From Candidatus Pacearchaeota archaeon (GTDB lineage: Archaea > Nanobdellota > Nanobdellia > Pacearchaeales > GW2011-AR1): a DNA stretch of 64,000 nt. Positions 57,190 through 64,000 of this stretch are shown here, piece after piece. Numbering within the stretch: the first letter of the stretch is position 1; each line of letters begins with the position of its first letter. The translations under genes and the position numbers were made by a program. Location of the stretch: positions 2,877-66,876 of the forward strand of contig JAGVXD010000001.1 of NCBI GenBank assembly GCA_018303945.1. The letters run 5' to 3'. Below the pieces are notes generated by a model. It saw nothing but the letters and a program-made list of their open reading frames with translations, did not search any database and had not been told where the DNA came from.

Positions 57190-60039
57190 TTACTCTCCGC
57201 ATCCCGACCTGGTTGTCTGCTTGCAAGATGTGCAATAAATTGCACAGTTGCCCATTCTTTTTGCCGGACCTCCACAATGCGGGCAGATAAGACCCTCATT
57301 GCCAAAATCAGTAATAAACTTCTGCTCTTCTTTTATATCTATAAGATTTTGCTGTTCGCTTTCTTCATCTGGATTCAAGACATGAATTTCAACTTCCGGC
57401 TTTCCGGCTCCCTCACCGAAATTATTAATCATGAATTGAGCAACATAATCAACTATTGAAGATGCCGTGCGTATTGCATTTAATTTGTTATCTAGTTCTC
57501 CCCCACCTATATTCTTTACAAATCCTGACGGCTCAAACTTTTGATGCCTGAATTTCCTGAAATATTCAGTGACTGGAACTCCATACTGCAAGTTTAGAGA
57601 AGTGGAAGTAGCCCATGCATCAATAAGTCCTCTTACAGTTGAACCTTGCTTGTGCATTGTAATAAAAATCTCCCCCGGCTTATTATCGTCATATAATCCA
57701 ACAGTAAGATATCCTTCGTGTCCTCCAATCTCAAACTTATGAGTAATTGCTCTTCTTGTTTGAGGCATGCGTTTTCTCTCTCCTAAAATAATCTTTTCAA
57801 CTATCTTCTTTTTTATCATCTCGCCTTCAGTCTTTTGCGTGTTCAAAGGCTGACTGCGCTTGCTGTTCTCACGATAAATAGCCACTGCTTTCAAGCCTTG
57901 TTCCCATGAAAATAGATATGCATCTGCTATTTCTTCGGCAGTTGAACTTTCAGGCATATTTATTGTCTTGCTTATAGCTCCAGAAACAAAGGGCTGCACT
58001 ACTGCCATCATCATAATGTGCCCCTTATAACTTATAGAACGTGTTCCTTTTGCAGGTTTAAATGCGCAATCAAAAATAGCAAGATGTTGTTCCATGAAGT
58101 GGGGTGCACCCTCAATAGTGTCATTTTTATCTATATAATTTATGATATCGTTAATCTGACTTTCATTATACCCTAGTGTTCTAAGAGCAAGAGGTACACT
58201 TCTATTGACAATTTTTAACATTCCCCCTCCAGAAAGAACTTTATATTTTACAAGTGCTATATCTGGTTCAATACCTGTAGTGTCACAGTCCATCATAAAA
58301 GCTATCGTACCTGTCGGGGCTATAACTGTCATTTGAGAATTCCTGTATCCGAAACGTTCTCCGAGAATAACTGCATCGCTCCATGCGTCCCAAGCATCAT
58401 TAACTAAATACCTTAAATGTGAAGGAATAGCATTAACGTCTATTTTCTTCACGGCATCTCTATGCATTCTCATGACATCAAGCATTGGCTCTCTGTTTTT
58501 CATAAAAGCTGGAAATGGTCCTACGAGGCTTGCTACTTCAGCAGAGGTTTTATATGCCTCCCCGCACATTATAGCTGATAAAGCTGCTGCAACAGCTCTT
58601 CCAGATTCAGAATCATAAGGAAGCCCATAACTCATAAGCAAAGCTCCAAGATTGGCATATCCCAATCCAAGAGGCCTATAATCTCTGGAATTTCTGGCAA
58701 TCTTTTCCGTAGGATAACTGCTTCCATCTACAAGCAAGTCCATAGCTATGCTGAAGTTTCTTACAACATTCTTAAACTTCTCTACATCAAACATTCCATC
58801 ATCTGTTCTAAATTTCATCATGTTTATAGAAGATAAATTGCATGCACTATCATCTAAAAACATATATTCGCTACATGGATTGCTTGCGTTTATTCTTCCG
58901 CTATTTTTACATGTGTGCCATTTATTTATTGTTGTGTCAAACTGCATTCCCGGATCTCCGCAAATCCATGTTCCTTCTGCAATTTTAATAAGCGTGTCTT
59001 TTGCTTTTAAAGTTTCACATGTCTGGCCATTAGTAACATACTTGGTCTGCCACTCTCCATTGCTCTTAACTCTCTCCATAAACAAATCCTGCGCTCTAAC
59101 AGACATATTAGAATTTTGGAAGAAAATACTTGAATAAGCTTCTCCATTTAGCCCTCCTGAATATCCTTGTTCTATCAAAGCCCATGCTTTCTTCTCTTCC
59201 TTCTGTTTAGCTTCTATAAAATCAATTATATCTGGATGGTCTACATTAAGAATCTCCATCTTTGCAGCCCTGCGTGTTTTTCCTCCAGACTTTATGACTG
59301 CGGCATAAGAGTCATATCCCCTCATAAAACTAAGTGGTCCGGAAGCTCTGCCTCCTCCAGTTACGCGCTCTTTTGAACTGCGTAATGGAGAACGATTTGT
59401 GCCAGTACCAGAGCCAGCCTTAAATAAATTCGCTTCTGCAACCTGAACAGACATTATAGATTCCATATTATCTTCTATGCTCTGGATAAAACAAGCCGAA
59501 CACTGTGGCCTGTCATCTGTTTTTTCAGCTCTTACAATTTTATCAGTTTCTGAATCCCATTTCCATGAACTGACTCCTCCAGCTTGAATATTATAGTCAT
59601 GAATGCCGGCATTAAACCATACAGGAGAATTAAAGACGCATAATTGACTAAGACAGATTGAAGATATCTCATCTCGCAAAATTGCACTTTGTGAAGGATC
59701 AAAGTATTTCTGTTTAATTGCCTGCCTTTCTATAAATCTAGCGACTCTTCCTACAAGTTTCTCAATGCTGTCTTCACGCTCACCTTTTGCCATATCTCCC
59801 CAGAAATACTTGCTGGCTACAACTTTAATGGCTAAAGGACTCCAAAAATCCGGCCTACGAACATTTGGCTGAACAAAAATGACTTTGCCTAAATCATCTG
59901 TAACTTTGACCTCTTCAGAGAGCCAATTTATAGGATTGCCATAAATATCATATTGAAATGGGTTTTTCCCATCATAACTGAAGAATCTCCTTAATTTCAT
60001 TTTACCCATCTCAAGTTCTTGAATCATTTCTGGAGTCAT
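57190..60039 (-). CDS. nrdJ: Vitamin B12-dependent (class II) ribonucleotide reductase with C-terminal TSCPD-like domain and zinc finger
   Basis: FNSPVWFN, QCSACFI, TRRAAKM, SNPCSEY, IAPTGTI, GAISKTIN, CPHC...CTSC...GCG. Confidence 0.96.
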   Translation of the reverse strand: MTPEMIQELEMGKMKLRRFFSYDGKNPFQYDIYGNPINWLSEEVKVTDDLGKVIFVQPNVRRPDFWSPLAIKVVASKYFWGDMAKGEREDSIEKLVGRVARFIERQAIKQKYFDPSQSAILRDEISSICLSQLCVFNSPVWFNAGIHDYNIQAGGVSSWKWDSETDKIVRAEKTDDRPQCSACFIQSIEDNMESIMSVQVAEANLFKAGSGTGTNRSPLRSSKERVTGGGRASGPLSFMRGYDSYAAVIKSGGKTRRAAKMEILNVDHPDIIDFIEAKQKEEKKAWALIEQGYSGGLNGEAYSSIFFQNSNMSVRAQDLFMERVKSNGEWQTKYVTNGQTCETLKAKDTLIKIAEGTWICGDPGMQFDTTINKWHTCKNSGRINASNPCSEYMFLDDSACNLSSINMMKFRTDDGMFDVEKFKNVVRNFSIAMDLLVDGSSYPTEKIARNSRDYRPLGLGYANLGALLMSYGLPYDSESGRAVAAALSAIMCGEAYKTSAEVASLVGPFPAFMKNREPMLDVMRMHRDAVKKIDVNAIPSHLRYLVNDAWDAWSDAVILGERFGYRNSQMTVIAPTGTIAFMMDCDTTGIEPDIALVKYKVLSGGGMLKIVNRSVPLALRTLGYNESQINDIINYIDKNDTIEGAPHFMEQHLAIFDCAFKPAKGTRSISYKGHIMMMAVVQPFVSGAISKTINMPESSTAEEIADAYLFSWEQGLKAVAIYRENSKRSQPLNTQKTEGEMIKKKIVEKIILGERKRMPQTRRAITHKFEIGGHEGYLTVGLYDDNKPGEIFITMHKQGSTVRGLIDAWATSTSLNLQYGVPVTEYFRKFRHQKFEPSGFVKNIGGGELDNKLNAIRTASSIVDYVAQFMINNFGEGAGKPEVEIHVLNPDEESEQQNLIDIKEEQKFITDFGNEGLICPHCGGPAKRMGNCAIYCTSCKQTTRSGCGE

Positions 60040-60479
60040 TTCTTCACCAACCCTCTTATTTCATTCTTGAAATCTGATATGTCTGTAAATTCTCTGTAAA
60101 CAGAAGCAAACCTTATATATGCAACTTTATCAACTTTCTTTAATTCTTTTGCCACTAGCTCACCTAAAAGAAAACTGCTTATCTCTTTTCCTTGTTTGCG
60201 CGCCTTGTCTTCTATTCTATGTATCATGCTTTCTATAGTCTCCGTATTTACCGGTCTTTTTTCACAGGCCCTTAATATGCCTCGCCTTAGCTTCTCCCTG
60301 TCAAACCCTTCATGCCTGCCATCTTTTTTAACTACTCTTAGCGTGATTTGTTCAGGCTGTTCCATTGTATTGAAACGCCTTAAGCATTTTAAGCACTCAC
60401 GCCTTCTTTTTGTAATGCCTGCAACATCCCGCTTATCTATTACTCTTGTTTCGGTGTTTAAGCAGTATGGACAATACAT
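60036..60479 (-). CDS. nrdR: Transcriptional repressor NrdR
   Basis: MYCPYC...RRRECLKC zinc ribbon, ATP cone (VVKKDG..E.FDREK), VAYIRFASVYREF. Start placed at 60479. Confidence 0.96.
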   Translation of the reverse strand: MYCPYCLNTETRVIDKRDVAGITKRRRECLKCLRRFNTMEQPEQITLRVVKKDGRHEGFDREKLRRGILRACEKRPVNTETIESMIHRIEDKARKQGKEISSFLLGELVAKELKKVDKVAYIRFASVYREFTDISDFKNEIRGLVKK

Positions 60480-60487
60480 GGAATATG

Positions 60488-60534
60488 ACACAATATCTTG
60501 TGTTTAGTATGATTACCTTCACAATCTATTGTGA
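60488..60534. promoter_or_regulatory. Tandem NrdR boxes (60488-60503 and 60519-60534)
   Basis: ACACAATATCTTGTGT and TCACAATCTATTGTGA, 31 bp apart, between a TATA box (about 60558-60567) and the nrdR start. Confidence 0.85.
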
Positions 60535-60808
60535 TATACTGACTTCACAACAAATGGATATATAAATATTTCTGTGACATAGTTTTTCTCGACGATATAT
60601 CAAGGTGATAACATGTTATTGCTTTAAAAGTAGTAAAATCAATTTAAGCCCGATTTATAAGTTTAAAGCACCGCCGTGGGAAGAATAATAAATAAGCTAA
60701 AAAGCTTATCATCTATTCTTTATACTTATAGTTTATAAATAAGACTGTTGTAATTAATAAATGATAAACAATAAAAAATTTTATAAACTCTAAATTTCTT
60801 AAGAAAGC

Positions 60809-61549
60809 ATGCAATACAGCAATAATAAAACTAAGATAATGGTGGAGCAAGATAAGCCGTTTCAAGGCAAATATCTTGAACAGATGTCTTTGTTGCTTGG
60901 AGAAGGAAGATCTCCTTGGACTGCTGCAAGATTTATGAAAGAAAGAATTGCTCATGCTCATGAATTTCCAGATTTGTTAAGTTATCTTGATGTTCCTGAC
61001 TTAATTTTTTATGACTCAAGAACAAGAAGCGGAAATCCTAACGGAAATCCTAAATTTATTTTAACTGTTGATAAGAATGGAAGGGTAACAGAGGAAGGAA
61101 GAAAAGCTCTGGAATTTATAAATCCAAATGCAAAACTAGCCCCAGATTATGAATTCAATCCAAATAGTTTTTATGATTCACTTCCTGGAATTATGGTTAG
61201 ATCAGGTTTACCGGCTTTGGAGGTCTTAGAAAAACATTTAACACAAAAGGAAATTCTTGAAAGCAAGGTTTGGAGAATTTTGGCAAGACATCCTGATGAA
61301 GTTGATAAAGAATTTGCGGAAGATCGAACATTACTTAAAGAGTATGCTAATTGGGTAAAAATACAAACAAAACAAGAGACTAATATGGGTGTTTATCTTA
61401 ATTATAATCCTCGTGATGAGTATTATATAAATCCAAAATTAATGGCGTTCTGCGTCGGCAGGCTTGACTTCAAGTCAGAAATTGGCTTCAGGAAAATTCT
61501 CGACCATGAAATTAATGGCCGCTTCGTCGGTTATTTAGCACCTATTTAG
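60809..61549 (+). CDS. DGR-target-like protein (VR-like C-terminus)
   Basis: C-terminus AFCVGRLDFKSEIGFRKILDHEINGRFVG is encoded by GC-rich, C-ending codons. Confidence 0.6.
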   Translation: MQYSNNKTKIMVEQDKPFQGKYLEQMSLLLGEGRSPWTAARFMKERIAHAHEFPDLLSYLDVPDLIFYDSRTRSGNPNGNPKFILTVDKNGRVTEEGRKALEFINPNAKLAPDYEFNPNSFYDSLPGIMVRSGLPALEVLEKHLTQKEILESKVWRILARHPDEVDKEFAEDRTLLKEYANWVKIQTKQETNMGVYLNYNPRDEYYINPKLMAFCVGRLDFKSEIGFRKILDHEINGRFVGYLAPI

Positions 61550-61660
61550 CACCGTAGCGCCGGAAGCGCCAAAATACTCCTTATATTGCCGCGATTAGGA
61601 TTTTTATTCTAAATACTTTTCTCACGTTATGTTTATATATTGAATGCTGCTTAAAATTAA

Positions 61661-61915
61661 ATGCCACAAACTCTAGAAATAATTGCGTCTCAAACAGGCA
61701 TTCCAATATGGCTTATTGCTGTAATTATTGTCTGGTCTCTTGCTTGGAAAGGGGTTGCTTGGTGGATATCGGCGCGTAAAAACCATATTTTATGGTTCTT
61801 ATCTTTCTTTCTTATCAACACCCTAGGCATATTGGAGATACTTTACATCTTTCTATTTTCAAAGATGTCTCTTTCCGATAAATCTGTAAAGCGAAAATCA
61901 AAAAAGAGGAAATAA
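61661..61915 (+). CDS. DUF5652-family small membrane protein
   Basis: WSLAWKG.AWW.SA....WF.....INTLGILEILYIF. Confidence 0.85.
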   Translation: MPQTLEIIASQTGIPIWLIAVIIVWSLAWKGVAWWISARKNHILWFLSFFLINTLGILEILYIFLFSKMSLSDKSVKRKSKKRK

Positions 61916-61920
61916 ATCTC

Positions 61921-62160
61921 ATGCAAACAAACTTCAAACGCCATCAAATAGTAAAAATCATTACACCTCCTGATCCGGAATATGTAGAATATCATAACGA
62001 AGACGACCCAAATTTCAAAGAAGTGCCTATTGTAAAAGGAATGAAGGGAAAAATAAATATTATCCTGCCAAATGGACAATATCATGTAGAGATTATAAGT
62101 GATAGCGGAGAAATAATTGCTTATGCTCCGTTTAGCGAAGAAAGTCTAGAAGCAATATGA
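61921..62160 (+). CDS. Small SH3-like hypothetical protein
   Basis: VKI...KGMKGKI...YHVEI...EESLE beta-barrel pattern. Confidence 0.6.
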   Translation: MQTNFKRHQIVKIITPPDPEYVEYHNEDDPNFKEVPIVKGMKGKINIILPNGQYHVEIISDSGEIIAYAPFSEESLEAI

Positions 62161-62161
62161 A

Positions 62162-63118
62162 CTATCCAAATGTATAGGCAAAAAACTTCATCTCGGGAAA
62201 TGATTTTATCTTTAATACTCCGCTCTGTACGTTAGGATGGCTGATAACCCTGTACATATCTCCCCCAGTTATGTTTACAAAGCTCTTTCCATCATTAAAA
62301 ATAATGTCTTCTCCTGCGTTTGATTTTTTCAGAGGAATCTCATTCAAAGTTACTTCTGCTCTGCCAGCGCCGCTCAAGACAACATTAACTTCTTTAGCAT
62401 TATAGAGATATGCAATCCATCCTGAACTATCCTTGCCAAGATATTCTGCATATTCTTTTCCTTGATGCCATTCTCCATTGAGGTAAATCTCTCCGGATTT
62501 ATAGCTGCCAGAATCTACATATTTATCGCAACTTCCATTCAAAGAGCATACCTTTCCAGTAATTTCTCCATTTCTCAAACTTCCAGCATAAGTCTCATGA
62601 GATATTCTTGGAGAATATTCCCTTTGTTTTTCTAAAATTATATCGCTATCAGATGGAAAGTCACGCAATCTGACGAGTTCGCCTGCAATTTTCTCATCAA
62701 TCTCTTTGTATCCTGATTCTCCTATATGCTCGAATATTATCTTGCCTTCTGAATTTATCAATGCTGCTCTGGGCCAATAAGAATTGCCATAATTCTCCCA
62801 ATTAATGCGCTTTGGATCATTCAATATTGGCCAAGAAAGACCATATTTCTTAACGGCGTATTTTACATTTCCTATCTCCTTTTCAAACTCGAACTCTGGA
62901 GTATGCACTCCAAAAAGAACAAATCTCTTATTCTTATACTTGTCCCAAATCAGTTTTAAGGCGGGGAAAGTACGTACACAATTTATGCAAGTATAAGTCC
63001 AAAAGTCTATTAAAATTACCTTTCCTTTTAAATCACTTAAATTCAGGGGCTTGCTATTAATCCATTGTTTAGGATTATCCCATTCTATTTCAGGAGCTTT
63101 TCTTATTTTTCCAAGCAT
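62162..63118 (-). CDS. DipZ-like redoxin (thioredoxin-like plus C-terminal domain)
   Basis: DFWTYTCINC, GVHTPEFEFEK, YWP, GESGY, YTFG. Confidence 0.92.
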   Translation of the reverse strand: MLGKIRKAPEIEWDNPKQWINSKPLNLSDLKGKVILIDFWTYTCINCVRTFPALKLIWDKYKNKRFVLFGVHTPEFEFEKEIGNVKYAVKKYGLSWPILNDPKRINWENYGNSYWPRAALINSEGKIIFEHIGESGYKEIDEKIAGELVRLRDFPSDSDIILEKQREYSPRISHETYAGSLRNGEITGKVCSLNGSCDKYVDSGSYKSGEIYLNGEWHQGKEYAEYLGKDSSGWIAYLYNAKEVNVVLSGAGRAEVTLNEIPLKKSNAGEDIIFNDGKSFVNITGGDMYRVISHPNVQSGVLKIKSFPEMKFFAYTFG

Positions 63119-63192
63119 TGCACAACCTAAAAAATGCTTTATCTTAATATACTTTATTGATGACTATAAAGTTGCAAATTGTCATTCTGAAA

Positions 63193-63552
63193 CTATTTCC
63201 CGCTAATAGATTCAACATAAGCTCTTATAAGATGCGAATTGGGGTATCTTCCTAAAATGAAATTTCCAAAGTTTCTTCCGTGCTTCACACATGATACTTC
63301 TCCACGATATAAATCTCCCAGTTTGGCTCCATGATAATCCACTTTAACTCCGTCTCTGTTTTCTCTTATTATTACCCAATCAGGTTCTATAAGCAGCTCC
63401 GTCTCCCTGCTTCCAGCTATATTTTCAAGCATTACATAGGATTTTCCACTTTTCCTCTTTAACCCTCTTAGAAAAAAGAGAGAAGTGATTCCTGAATTGC
63501 TTAATTCAAGTCCTACATATATAGGAGTATGGACCGATTCTTTATAATTCAT
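63193..63552 (-). CDS. Hypothetical protein
   Basis: 119-aa ORF. Confidence 0.45.
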   Translation of the reverse strand: MNYKESVHTPIYVGLELSNSGITSLFFLRGLKRKSGKSYVMLENIAGSRETELLIEPDWVIIRENRDGVKVDYHGAKLGDLYRGEVSCVKHGRNFGNFILGRYPNSHLIRAYVESISGK

Positions 63553-63729
63553 TATACCTCAATTTTGTGCGCATGTATTCAATATACCTACTATGGGAGA
63601 TTCTGTACAAAAAATGCTCTAATTAATTTCCTTTCATATAACAGAATTTCTCATATAGATAATTCTCTTAATTGCAGCACTTTGTTAGGGAATTATCTAT
63701 ATTTAAACCTAGCGGGATTGAATTATTCA

Positions 63730-64000
63730 TTAAAAATTCTTATTAATTATCAAATAATCAGAGATTATACTTAATGTATAATCAATATCTTTTCTTTTCG
63801 TGTATTCTGATAAGCTGAATCTAAGTGTTCCATTTATATCCTTCTCGTCTAGTCCTATGGCCGAAAGTATTCTATTGTATTTCTTGCCTTTTTCACTGCA
63901 CGCGCTTCTCGTAGAACACATAACTCCTCTTTCCGACAACACAATAAGTAAGTTCTCTGCTTTTAAACCGGGGAAAGAAACATTAACATTGTTAAATAAT
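63730..64000 (-). CDS. iscS: Cysteine desulfurase (IscS/NifS family), C-terminal part
   Basis: NVSFPG...GVMCSTRSACS...LSAIGL...GTLRFSLS; the gene starts beyond the window. Confidence 0.85.
   Translation of the reverse strand, partial: LFNNVNVSFPGLKAENLLIVLSERGVMCSTRSACSEKGKKYNRILSAIGLDEKDINGTLRFSLSEYTKRKDIDYTLSIISDYLIINKNF

Noticed and set aside
44044-60039. Inteins or introns in RNA polymerase or ribonucleotide reductase
   Set aside because: The proteins are normal length or shorter, and no splice-junction or homing-endonuclease motifs were seen.

Overview
This 64-kb window comes from a DPANN archaeon, most likely Pacearchaeota. The evidence is archaeal rpoH-B-A/nusA/S12/S7/EF-2 genes, a fused RpoA'A'', eL33, eS24, eS31, intron-containing tRNAs and TATA promoters. 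Bases 1-11.5 kb form an AT-rich accessory/defence region ending at tRNA-His. It carries a radical SAM gene and receiver domain, an M-R-M C5 restriction-modification system, a Cas4-like nuclease, and a nuclease-APAZ plus short prokaryotic Argonaute pair. The rest is core information-processing genes, with small accessory patches beside tRNA-Glu and tRNA-Lys. Main observations: (1) a condensin-type Smc with no recognisable hinge and a Rad50-type CPLC zinc hook at the coiled-coil apex, with ScpA nearby; (2) an archaeal SPARDA-like short pAgo system; (3) a bacterial-type NrdR-NrdJ operon with two canonical NrdR boxes under an archaeal promoter; (4) two DGR-target-like genes without a local RT; (5) several gene-flanking and dispersed repeats; (6) small ORFs missing from the ORF track. 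All calls come from reading motifs by eye; no database searches were run.
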